From Ilumatobacteraceae bacterium (GTDB taxonomy: Bacteria > Actinomycetota > Acidimicrobiia > Acidimicrobiales > Ilumatobacteraceae), in NCBI GenBank assembly GCA_036262105.1, contig DATAJN010000512.1:1-32780 (forward strand): a stretch of DNA of 32,780 nt. Reading direction: 5' to 3'. The translations under genes were made by a program, and so were the position numbers. The notes under the pieces were generated by a model. It did not search any database. It was not told the DNA's origin and was given only the letters and a program-made list of their open reading frames with translations. Positions 16,534-24,782 of this stretch are shown in pieces (position 1 is the first letter of the stretch; every line of letters starts with the position of its first letter).

Positions 16534-17670
16534 ATGGATGTGTTGATGGATCAGTCAGCGAGAGAGACCGACGGCCTGGTGCCGAGCACCGTCACACCGA
16601 TGCTGCAGCCGTGGGAGGTCTACGACCGCGACCTGTTCGACCTGGAGATGGTGCGTGTGTTCGCCCGCTCTTGGGTGTGGCTCGGCGACACGGAGGACCT
16701 GCAGAAGCCCGGCGACTTCATCACCGGCCAGATCGGTGCTCAGCCCGTGCTCGTCGTGCGAACCGCAGAAGGAGAGATCCGCGGCTTTCTGAACAACTGC
16801 CGGCACCGTGCCTCGGGGGTGTTGTTCGAGCCGGCCGGCAACTGCGGTTCGACCATGACGTGTCCGTATCACAACTGGACGTACGACCTGAACGGCCGGC
16901 TGGTCGGCATTCCTGATCGCGTCCGCATGTATCCCGACGGCATCGACGCCGCCGAGTACGGGCTCGTCCCGATACGTATCGAGACGGCGTGGGACAAGTT
17001 GGTGTTCGGGTGCCTGTCGCATCGGGCGCCTTCGTTTCGGGAATGGATCGCCCCGTTGGCACTTCGCTACGACCGCTACGGGTTCCAGGACTTCACTCGG
17101 TACTACCGCGAGCTCGACCAGGAGTACCCGATCAACTGGAAGGCCTTCGTCGAGAACTCGAACGACGACTACCACGTGCGCTTCGTGCATCGCCGGCTCA
17201 ACGACCAGCGCCGCTCCTTGGAGACGATCGTGCGCTTCGAGGGGCGCACGTGCAGCGGCTACAAGCCACATACCGAGTCATCCGATCCGTCGGGCGGGCG
17301 CGTCGACCTCGACGACGAAGCGCTCCGCGGGCACTACGCCGATTTCATCTACCCCAACCTCACGCCGCTCCCGTACGGCACCATCTTGATCCTCGTTCGC
17401 GCCGACCCGATCGCACCCGACCGAACCCGGCTGTTCTCGAGGATCTACGGCCGCGGCCGGAGCATCGACGAGCAGGAGGCCGATCTCACCAACCTGGAGC
17501 TGACGAACCAGGAAGACACCACGATGGTGACGGGGCTGATGCGCAACCTGCGCTCGCCGTTCTTCCGCGTCGGCCCGCCAACCACCTGGGAGGGGCGCGC
17601 CTCCCACATCATGAGACTCGTTCGGGCCGACGTCGCAACGCCGTTGGCAGTCGACGAGTTCACCGCCTGA
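16534..17670 (+). CDS. Rieske [2Fe-2S] non-heme-iron oxygenase, alpha-subunit type
   Basis: Rieske ligands 'CRHRASGV...CPYHNWTY' and mononuclear-iron motif 'NSNDDYHVRFVH'. The start is ambiguous among GTG 16504, ATG 16534, GTG 16540 and ATG 16546. Confidence 0.85.
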   Translation: MDVLMDQSARETDGLVPSTVTPMLQPWEVYDRDLFDLEMVRVFARSWVWLGDTEDLQKPGDFITGQIGAQPVLVVRTAEGEIRGFLNNCRHRASGVLFEPAGNCGSTMTCPYHNWTYDLNGRLVGIPDRVRMYPDGIDAAEYGLVPIRIETAWDKLVFGCLSHRAPSFREWIAPLALRYDRYGFQDFTRYYRELDQEYPINWKAFVENSNDDYHVRFVHRRLNDQRRSLETIVRFEGRTCSGYKPHTESSDPSGGRVDLDDEALRGHYADFIYPNLTPLPYGTILILVRADPIAPDRTRLFSRIYGRGRSIDEQEADLTNLELTNQEDTTMVTGLMRNLRSPFFRVGPPTTWEGRASHIMRLVRADVATPLAVDEFTA

Positions 17671-17686
17671 GACGACGGATCGCTGT

Positions 17687-18076
17687 CTACGACTTGGCGC
17701 CGGGCTGATACGTGCCCTTGTCGCGCCACAGACAGATCTCGGCGCCCCACGGATCGCGAAACGCGGCGAACCGGGCATTGAACTCATCCCAAGTCCGTTC
17801 CTCCCAGAGCACCGTGGCACCCATCTCGACCGCTCGGGCCAGGTAGGCCGGAGGCTCGTCGACCATCACGTAGATCCGTGGCACCGGACCCTTCATCGCA
17901 ACCTCGCTGTGGTGGATGCCGAGGTTGGGTTTCACGCCCGGAAGGATCTCGTGAAACTCGCCCGCCGGTCGCCGATTGAACGTCCAACCGAACAAGGTGG
18001 CGTAGAAGTTCGACATGGCCTCGGGGTCCGGGCAGGGGAAGTCGACGAAGATCATGGGGTTAACTCGCTCGGTCAT
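17687..18076 (-). CDS. VOC (glyoxalase/bleomycin-resistance/dioxygenase fold) family protein
   Basis: 'FYATLFGWTF' and 'AAFRDPWGAEICLW'. I choose the ATG at 18076 (MTERVN...) because a TACGTT hexamer ends 7 nt upstream. The ATG at 18082 and the track start at 18124 are alternatives. Confidence 0.75.
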   Translation of the reverse strand: MTERVNPMIFVDFPCPDPEAMSNFYATLFGWTFNRRPAGEFHEILPGVKPNLGIHHSEVAMKGPVPRIYVMVDEPPAYLARAVEMGATVLWEERTWDEFNARFAAFRDPWGAEICLWRDKGTYQPGAKS

Positions 18077-18081
18077 GGGCA

Positions 18082-18088
18082 TAACGTA
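18082..18088. promoter_or_regulatory. Overlapping divergent -10 elements: TAACGT (+) for 18094 and TACGTT (-) for 18076
   Basis: The sequence is catgggcaTAACGTAgacagATG. Each hexamer ends exactly 7 nt before its start codon, and both starts lie 9 nt from the centre at 18085. Confidence 0.4.
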
Positions 18089-18093
18089 GACAG

Positions 18094-20343
18094 ATGAGTT
18101 CCAGCCAGGTTCAGCCGAGCCCATGGGTTCTGGCCACCGAGCCGACGAGCCTCGGGGATCCGAGTGGACTGGTCACTCTGGTCGATGGACAGACTTTTTG
18201 CCTCAGCGGCCGGTCGGGTGACTTCAGCACCAATCCCACCCACGGGGTGTTCTTCGCCGACATGAGGGTGTTGAGCCAGGCCCGGCTGCTCGTCGGCGGG
18301 GTGACCGTGGAGTCCTTGGCGGTCAACCTCACCGACGCGAGTGGCGCGACGTTCGTCGGCCGCTCGATCCCCGCGAACCATACCGAGCCTCGAGTTCTCG
18401 TTGTCAGGCGCCGGCAGCTCGGATCCGTGTGGCACGAGCAGGTCGAGTTGCGCAACACCGGCGCGACACCGGTGTCGACAGTTGTCGAGTTGGAGGTGGC
18501 GGCGGATTTTGCCGACGTGTTCGCGATCAAGGAAGGTCGTCCGAGCAGTCAAGGGGAGCATTCGTTGGAGGTGCGCGAGCACAGCCTCTTGTTCGGATGG
18601 CGCCTCGGGGAGGTGCACCGCCAGGCCGAGTTGAGCGTCGACGGGCCGCCCGTGCATGTGTCCACGCGGGGCTTCGTCTGGAGCGTCACCATCGAGCCGC
18701 ACGGCGTTTGCCAGCTGCAGCTCGATCTCACCGTGGCCCTCGGCAGCTCATGGATCGAACGCCGCCACCATCATCCCAACCTGCCCAATGCCGAGACCCG
18801 CAGCGAGGGTTGGCTGGCGTCGGTCCCGAAGTTGCGCAGCGCCGACCGCAACCTCAGCGCGGCGTACGACCGCTCCATCGAAGACATCGGCGCTTTGCGC
18901 TTGCACGACCCGACGGGCCGCCGCAAGCCGGTGATCGCTGCCGGCGCCCCGTGGTACATGACCCTGTTCGGCCGCGACGCCTTGATCAGTGCGTACATGA
19001 CTCTGCCCGTCGACCCGACGTTGGCAATCGGGGTGCTCGAAGCACTCGGTGAACTGCAAGGGCATCAGGTTGATCCGATCACCGAGGAAGAGCCGGGTCG
19101 CATCATGCACGAAACCCGGTACCTCGGTGTCGACGCTCCGACCCTGACTGGAGGCAGCACGTACTACGGCTCTGCCGATGCGACACCCCTGTACGTCATG
19201 TTGCTCGGTGAGCTCAGCCGATGGGGTCTGGGCGACGACGTGTTGCGCACCCTGCTACCCCATGCCGATCGGGCCCTGGCGTGGATGGAGAGGTACGGCG
19301 ACCGCGACGGCGACGGATACATCGAGTACCAGAAGACCTCGGATCGTGGTTTGTCGAATCAGGGCTGGAAGGACTCGGCCGACGGGATTCGGTATCACAA
19401 CGGCCAGGTGGCAGAGGCCCCGCTGGCCCTCTGCGAAGTACAGGCGTATGCGTACGCAGCTCACCGCGCCCGGGCGGCCATCGCGCTGAGGCTCGGTGAG
19501 GTCGACGTCGCGACGCGCCACCAACTGCTCGCCGCGCAGTTGAAAGAGAGGTTCAATCGTGATTTCTGGCTCGAAGACCTCGGTTGGTACGCCGTCGCGC
19601 TCGGGCCCGACAAGAAGCCTGTGGATTCGCTGACGTCGAACATGGGTCACTGCCTGTGGAGCGGAATCGTTCCCGTCGAGCGCGCCGAGCGCGTCGCCGC
19701 GAAGTTGATGTCACCGCAGATGTGGAACGGGTGGGGCATCAGGACGCTGGCCAACGACGAAGTGGCGTACGACCCGATGAGCTACCACTGCGGCACGGTG
19801 TGGCCCCACGATGGCGCACTGTGTGCTGCCGGGTTGAAGGCGTACGGTTTCGACGCCGACGCCCTGACCGTTGCGAGAGGACTGTTCGCGGCGTCGGAGG
19901 CGTGGAACGGTCGGTTGCCGGAGCTGTTCTCCGGGCTCGATCGGGCAGATGTCGAGACCCCGGTTCCGTTCCCGACGTCATGCTCGCCGCAGGCCTGGTC
20001 CGCGGCGACGCCGTTCCTGCTGTTGCGCATCATGCTCGGGCTCGAACCCGACGACGCCGCCGGATTGAAGGTGGTGCCGATACCGGGCGCGATCCAGGAC
20101 GATCTGTTGCTGGCCGGCGTGCGCCTGGTCGATCGGCGGTTCAACGTGCGCATCGACGACGGCATCGTCACCGTGCGCGAACTCGTCGAGCGACCCGCCG
20201 GTCGCCTCCATGACACACGAGAGATGCCGGTCATCCCGCCGATGATCGCGGAACGAATTCCCGAAGAGCCTCGGCGACACCCAGACCGACGCTCGCCGTT
20301 GTCAGTGGCACGCCAGCTGCTCGAACAGCGTCGTCGGCATTAG
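18094..20343 (+). CDS. Glycogen-debranching-type amylo-alpha-1,6-glucosidase family protein (GDE N-terminal plus GDE_C domains)
   Basis: 'LVDGQTFCLSGRSGDF', 'GAPWYMTLFGRDALIS', 'QGWKDSADG' and 'YHCGTVWPHD'. The last ~37 codons overlap the convergent HAD gene. Confidence 0.8.
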   Translation: MSSSQVQPSPWVLATEPTSLGDPSGLVTLVDGQTFCLSGRSGDFSTNPTHGVFFADMRVLSQARLLVGGVTVESLAVNLTDASGATFVGRSIPANHTEPRVLVVRRRQLGSVWHEQVELRNTGATPVSTVVELEVAADFADVFAIKEGRPSSQGEHSLEVREHSLLFGWRLGEVHRQAELSVDGPPVHVSTRGFVWSVTIEPHGVCQLQLDLTVALGSSWIERRHHHPNLPNAETRSEGWLASVPKLRSADRNLSAAYDRSIEDIGALRLHDPTGRRKPVIAAGAPWYMTLFGRDALISAYMTLPVDPTLAIGVLEALGELQGHQVDPITEEEPGRIMHETRYLGVDAPTLTGGSTYYGSADATPLYVMLLGELSRWGLGDDVLRTLLPHADRALAWMERYGDRDGDGYIEYQKTSDRGLSNQGWKDSADGIRYHNGQVAEAPLALCEVQAYAYAAHRARAAIALRLGEVDVATRHQLLAAQLKERFNRDFWLEDLGWYAVALGPDKKPVDSLTSNMGHCLWSGIVPVERAERVAAKLMSPQMWNGWGIRTLANDEVAYDPMSYHCGTVWPHDGALCAAGLKAYGFDADALTVARGLFAASEAWNGRLPELFSGLDRADVETPVPFPTSCSPQAWSAATPFLLLRIMLGLEPDDAAGLKVVPIPGAIQDDLLLAGVRLVDRRFNVRIDDGIVTVRELVERPAGRLHDTREMPVIPPMIAERIPEEPRRHPDRRSPLSVARQLLEQRRRH

Positions 20344-20899
20344 CGACACCGACGGCGATCGTCGCCACAGCGAACATCGGCAAGTCGTTCTCCGCGTCAC
20401 CGATCGCCAAGATCGGGAGTTGCTGCATCTGCAGTTCGGCAATCGCTGCTCGGAGCCCGGTTCCTTTGTCGCTTCCCCTCGGAGCAAGGGCGATGGAGCT
20501 CTTGTTCGTCACGATGATCCTGCTGCTTGCGAGGCGATCGCGCACTTCGATGACGACCGCGAGCGAAGTCGTCGGTGCACCGATGACGACATGGCCGATG
20601 TCCAGCGAAGTGACGCCTGCATCGATCAAGCCGGCTACCAGTTCGGGCTCGACCGGCTCGGCGAGCAGCACGAGTCGCCCCGTGCTCACGTCGACCATCA
20701 CCCCGCCCTCCTCGCACACGACACGGTCGGCAATGGCTACGATCGCCGGAACGACGAGGTCGAGCCCTTCCCATCGCCTGCCGGTGACGATGACCAGCGT
20801 GTGACCGTCAGCGTGGGCCTGGGTGAGCGCCTCGACCGCTTCATCGGCCACACCGGAGCCGTCGAAGAGCGTTCCGTCGACATCGACCGCAATCACCAT
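20231..20899 (-). CDS. HAD-IIB (Cof/OtsB-like) sugar-phosphate phosphatase
   Basis: Motif I 'MVIAVDVDGTLF', 'VIVTGR' and motif IV 'AIGDAENDLPMF'. The start is uncertain: ATG 20899, ATG 20914 or the track GTG 20944. Confidence 0.75.
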   Translation of the reverse strand: MVIAVDVDGTLFDGSGVADEAVEALTQAHADGHTLVIVTGRRWEGLDLVVPAIVAIADRVVCEEGGVMVDVSTGRLVLLAEPVEPELVAGLIDAGVTSLDIGHVVIGAPTTSLAVVIEVRDRLASSRIIVTNKSSIALAPRGSDKGTGLRAAIAELQMQQLPILAIGDAENDLPMFAVATIAVGVANADDAVRAAGVPLTTASVGLGVAEALREFVPRSSAG

Positions 20900-21026
20900 T
20901 TTCTGCACACCCATTCCTACCGCCATGCAGCAGTCGCCGGGCACCTCGGAACCGAAAGCGTTTTGACTCGCTTATGATCGGGTACAGCGGACGGATCGAT
21001 CGAAGCATTGAAAGGCATGTTCACCG

Positions 21027-21085
21027 ATGAAGGGACTCGGCGTCGCAGCCAACCGGTTGCCGATCGAAATCAATGCTGATGGGCA
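21027..21085 (+). pseudogene. otsA: Orphaned 5' fragment of otsA, in a different frame from the main otsA body
   Basis: It encodes MKGLGVAANRLPIEINADG, the GT20 N-terminal strand '(V/S)NRLP'. The frame then drifts into non-homologous sequence, while the homologous continuation 'WAGPD...LHPVSLS...YYRGFSN' lies in another frame. Confidence 0.5.
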
Positions 21086-21097
21086 GGCCCCGATGCT

Positions 21098-22405
21098 GTG
21101 CGACCGAGGCCCTTCGACCACGGTGAGCTGCGACTTCATCCCGTGTCACTGTCCGTCGATGAGGTCGATCGGTACTATCGAGGATTCTCCAACGCCATCC
21201 TGTGGCCTTTGTTCCACGGCAGGTTGCGGCGTGTGGAGCTGAACCGCGCCTGGTGGAACGCCTATCGCGTGGTCAATCGCCGGTTCGCCAACGCCGTTGC
21301 CCACGTCGCTCCGCTCGGCGGCACCGTGTGGGTGCACGACTACCACCTCCTGCTGGCTCCGGCGATGATCCGTGAAAAGCGCCCCGACCTGCGTATCGGC
21401 CTGTTCTTGCACATCCCTTTCCCGAACGCACAGTTGTTCGCGATGTTGCCGTGGCGCGAGCAGGTGATCAAGGGGATGCTCGGGGCCGATGTCGTCGGCT
21501 TTCAAGTTCCCGACGACGTTGACAACTTCATGGCCGCAGCGAAGCGGCTGATCGATCCGCGAATTCTTGGTCGCACCATCTACGAGGGCTCCCGTTCTGT
21601 TGATGTCGATGCTTTCCCGATCTCCATCGACTTCGCCAGCTGGGATTCACTCGGAGAGCAGACGGCAGCTGCGGCATTGAAGAACCGCCGGGACCTCGGC
21701 GTCGATTCGGTGCTGCTCGGCATCGACCGCCTCGACTACACGAAGGGCATCTCTCAACGCTTGCGGGCCTTCGGCGAACTGCTCGACCAAGGTCAGCTCG
21801 CCAGCGACAAGTGCACGTTCGTGCAGGTCGCCGTACCGAGTCGTTCTGATGTCGCGGCCTACGAGGACGAACGCGACGAGGTCGAGCAACTGATCGAGAG
21901 GATCAACGCCAAGCATCCCCGGCCGAACGGTTCCACGCCGGTGCACTACATCGACTACTCACTCGACGAGGTGGAGCTGGCTTCGTGGTTCCGCGCCGCC
22001 GACGCTCTGGTCGTCACCTCGCTCGCGGACGGGATGAACCTCGTTGCCAAGGAGTTCGTCGCCGCGCGCGGAGATCTCGACGGCGTGGTGATCCTCAGCG
22101 AATTCGCCGGTGCCGCACAGGATCTCGACGGGGCGATCATCATCAATCCCTACGACATCGAAGACATCAAGGCCGCATTGATGACCGCCCTCGAGATGCC
22201 GCTCGTCGAGCGGGCCGCGCGGCTGCGCACCATGCGTGCCGCGGTGCGTTACAACGACGTGCATCGCTGGGCGCGGACGTTCCTCAACCGGCTGCGGTCG
22301 AGCTCGGCGATACGCGCCGAGGATCTCGTGCTGCGACCCAAGACCACGGAGCTCGCCAACGACCGGGATCGCGGCACTGAACTCGTCGAAACGATCCCGT
22401 CGTAG
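21098..22405 (+). CDS. otsA: Trehalose-6-phosphate synthase (GT20) body, N-terminally truncated or disrupted; possible pseudogene
   Basis: '[15 protein letters not shown]', '[10 protein letters not shown]', '[10 protein letters not shown]', 'GADVVGFQ', '[11 protein letters not shown]' and '[10 protein letters not shown]'. The frame opens only at 21080 and the first start codon is the GTG at 21098. Confidence 0.75.
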   Translation: MRPRPFDHGELRLHPVSLSVDEVDRYYRGFSNAILWPLFHGRLRRVELNRAWWNAYRVVNRRFANAVAHVAPLGGTVWVHDYHLLLAPAMIREKRPDLRIGLFLHIPFPNAQLFAMLPWREQVIKGMLGADVVGFQVPDDVDNFMAAAKRLIDPRILGRTIYEGSRSVDVDAFPISIDFASWDSLGEQTAAAALKNRRDLGVDSVLLGIDRLDYTKGISQRLRAFGELLDQGQLASDKCTFVQVAVPSRSDVAAYEDERDEVEQLIERINAKHPRPNGSTPVHYIDYSLDEVELASWFRAADALVVTSLADGMNLVAKEFVAARGDLDGVVILSEFAGAAQDLDGAIIINPYDIEDIKAALMTALEMPLVERAARLRTMRAAVRYNDVHRWARTFLNRLRSSSAIRAEDLVLRPKTTELANDRDRGTELVETIPS

Positions 22406-22444
22406 CCTTCGACACCTCCCAGTCATCGACACCCAGGAGACACC

Positions 22445-23578
22445 TTGCACATCGCCATCATCGCCCCACCGTGGCTGCCCGTACCCGCGCCCGCGTACGG
22501 CGGTACGGAAGTGGTTCTCGACCAGCTGGCGCGTGGCTTGCAAAGTGCCGGCCACGACGTGCTGATGGTCTGCCATCCGAAGTCGGAATGCCCCGTTCCG
22601 AAGCTGACGGTCGTTCCCGAGGAAGACACGGTGCGCATGGGTCGAGCCAGCATCGAGATCGAGCACGCCATCGGTGCCTACGAACTGGTGAAGCACTGCG
22701 ACGTCGTGCACGATCACACGCTCGCCGGCCCCATCTACTCGGCGAAATACCCCGACTTACCGGTCGTCACCACGAACCACAACGCCTTCACCCGTACCTA
22801 CAACGCGTTGTACGCCGCGGTCGTCCCGCGAGTCGCGTTGGTGGCCATCTCCAAGTCTCATGCTTCGTCGACGCAAGTACCGGTCGACGCGGTCGTGTAT
22901 CACGGGATCGACGTCAACGACTTCCCGGTGGGCAGTGGTGATGGTGGGTACGTCGCACTGTTGGGCCGCATGGCTCCGAACAAGGGTGTGCACCGTGCAA
23001 TCACCGTGGCTCGCGCCGCTGGCATGCGTCTCCAGATCGCGGCGAAGATGCGCGAGCCTCACGAGGTGGCCTACTTCGAAGAATTCGTCGAGCCCTACTT
23101 GGGTGACGACGTGATCTATCTCGGCGAGGTCGACGCCGAAGGCAAACGCCAATTGCTCGCGTCGGCAGCTGCGCTGCTCAACCCGATCAGCTGGCGTGAG
23201 CCGTTCGGCATGGCCATGCTCGAGTCGTTGGCGTGCGGCACACCGGTCGTCGGCTGTCCGCAAGGTGCTGCTCCTGAGATCGTCGAGCACGGAGTCACCG
23301 GTTACCTCGGTGAAAGCGACCAGGAGTTGGTGACGGGTCTTCAATCGCTCGGTCGGATCGACCGCGGAATCTGCCGCGAGCACGCCCAGCGACGGTTCTC
23401 GGTCGAGCAGATGGTGGAGGGGTACGTGCGCGTGTTCGAGCAGCGCGTCGGCGCTCAACGGTCGAGGTCGAGCACCCGGTCGGCGATGTTGGCGACGGAT
23501 GGGTCGTGGCTGGCCACGACGGCACAGGTGCCGTCGGCGACCACGGATCGCAGCACGGCAAGGACTGTGGCGATGTGA
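22445..23578 (+). CDS. Glycosyltransferase family 4 (GT-B)
   Basis: It begins 'HIAIIAPPWLPVPAPAYGGTEVV' and has a C-terminal 'EPFGMAMLESLACGTPVV' E-x7-E-type motif. TTG start preceded by AGGAGA at 22435-22440. The 3' end overlaps the convergent ABC ATPase gene. Confidence 0.85.
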   Translation: MHIAIIAPPWLPVPAPAYGGTEVVLDQLARGLQSAGHDVLMVCHPKSECPVPKLTVVPEEDTVRMGRASIEIEHAIGAYELVKHCDVVHDHTLAGPIYSAKYPDLPVVTTNHNAFTRTYNALYAAVVPRVALVAISKSHASSTQVPVDAVVYHGIDVNDFPVGSGDGGYVALLGRMAPNKGVHRAITVARAAGMRLQIAAKMREPHEVAYFEEFVEPYLGDDVIYLGEVDAEGKRQLLASAAALLNPISWREPFGMAMLESLACGTPVVGCPQGAAPEIVEHGVTGYLGESDQELVTGLQSLGRIDRGICREHAQRRFSVEQMVEGYVRVFEQRVGAQRSRSSTRSAMLATDGSWLATTAQVPSATTDRSTARTVAM

Positions 23579-24096
23579 CCGGAGTCCTGATGGCTTGTCG
23601 GCTCGTCGGCGAGTAGAACGATCGGGGCGATCACGGCGGCGCGTGCCAGCGCCATTCGCTGCTGCTGGCCGAGCGACGAGTCGATGGCCGCCCGGTCGGC
23701 TTCGTCGGTGAGGTCGAGCTCGTCGAGGATCGCCCGAGCCCGCTGGCGGGCAACAGGCCAGGACGAACCACTGAGACGCAACGGCATCGCCACGTTCTCG
23801 GTCATCGTGAGCTCGGCGATCGGGGCCAGAACCTGCGGCAGGATAGCGGTGCCGCGCCAAGTTCGGTCGACGCCGTTCGCGCCCCATTCTCCGAGGCGCT
23901 CCAAGTGGCCACTGTCGGGTGGCACCCACCCTGCGAGCAGAGCGAGCAGAGTCGACTTGCCGCTGCCTGATCGACCGCGAACCACAACGATCTCGTGCGA
24001 CGACAGCGTGAACGAGATCGGCTTCAACCCGGCGTTGTCGGACCAGCGCTTGGCAAGGTCGGTCGCCTCGGCGAGTGGCAGCGAACCTCTCCTCAT
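23455..24096 (-). CDS. ABC transporter ATP-binding protein (second ATPase; divergent signature motif)
   Basis: Walker A 'GRSGSGKST', Walker B 'LLADEPTSHQD', H-loop 'ASHD'. The signature reads 'SLGQQQRMALA' instead of LSGGQ. ATGA overlap with the preceding ATPase gene. Confidence 0.85.
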   Translation of the reverse strand: MRRGSLPLAEATDLAKRWSDNAGLKPISFTLSSHEIVVVRGRSGSGKSTLLALLAGWVPPDSGHLERLGEWGANGVDRTWRGTAILPQVLAPIAELTMTENVAMPLRLSGSSWPVARQRARAILDELDLTDEADRAAIDSSLGQQQRMALARAAVIAPIVLLADEPTSHQDSGHIATVLAVLRSVVADGTCAVVASHDPSVANIADRVLDLDR

Positions 24097-24782
24097 CGCA
24101 CGCGCCGTCCGTGGTCGAGCTCGACGACCAGGTCTGCGGCATCGATGACCATGTGGTCATGAGAGGCGATCACCATGGTCGATCCTTGCGTAGCGACACC
24201 GGCCAGCACTTCCACCAGTGCGGTTGCGCCGGCACGATCGAGTGAGGCAGTCGGCTCGTCGAGGATGACGAGCTCAGGACTGCCAGCGAGTGCGCAGGCG
24301 ACGGCGAGCCGCTGTTGTTCGCCGCCCGACAGTTCGCGCACCCGTCGCCCGCTCGCCGCGCCGAGCCCGACGGCTTCGAGCAACGAGTCGATGTCGACGC
24401 CTGCATCGGACGCGCCGTGACGTTGACGGGCAGCCCACTGCACGTTGGCGCTCGCGTTGAGGTGATCGAGGAGGTTCTCGCTCGGTTGCGGAAGCACGAT
24501 TCCGAGACGGTCGCGGCGCAGTTCCCGGCGGGCGCGGCGCCCGAGCGCAACGATGTCGGTACCACCCACGCGGATGCTGCCCTCGTCGGGTCGCTGCATG
24601 CAGGCGAGCAGAGCCAGAAGCGTCGACTTGCCGGAACCAGACGGCCCAGCGACCACTGTCATCTGCCCAACCGGAACTTCCAGATCGACGGCGTCGAGGG
24701 CGATGACCACGTCGCCGACCACCGGAAATCGTCGCACGAGCTCATGGACCTCGGCTGCGTGTCGTGGCTCATGCGGTTCCAC
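24093..24782 (-). CDS. ABC transporter ATP-binding protein (MacB/LolD-like, canonical motifs)
   Basis: 'GPSGSGKSTLL', 'LSGGEQQRLAVA', 'LILDEPTASLD' and 'ASHD'. The GTG start overlaps the permease 3' end by 14 nt. Confidence 0.88.
   Translation of the reverse strand: MEPHEPRHAAEVHELVRRFPVVGDVVIALDAVDLEVPVGQMTVVAGPSGSGKSTLLALLACMQRPDEGSIRVGGTDIVALGRRARRELRRDRLGIVLPQPSENLLDHLNASANVQWAARQRHGASDAGVDIDSLLEAVGLGAASGRRVRELSGGEQQRLAVACALAGSPELVILDEPTASLDRAGATALVEVLAGVATQGSTMVIASHDHMVIDAADLVVELDHGRRVR

Noticed and set aside
21027-21242. The 71-aa ORF as an independent small gene.
   Set aside because: Its first ~20 residues are the OtsA N-terminal strand and the rest is out-of-frame otsA sequence. It is best explained as the detached 5' end of a disrupted otsA.
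22757-24160. A 467-aa minus-strand ORF.
   Set aside because: It runs out of frame across the GT4 gene (antisense) and the ABC ATPase genes. It is extremely Arg-rich and has no domain signature.
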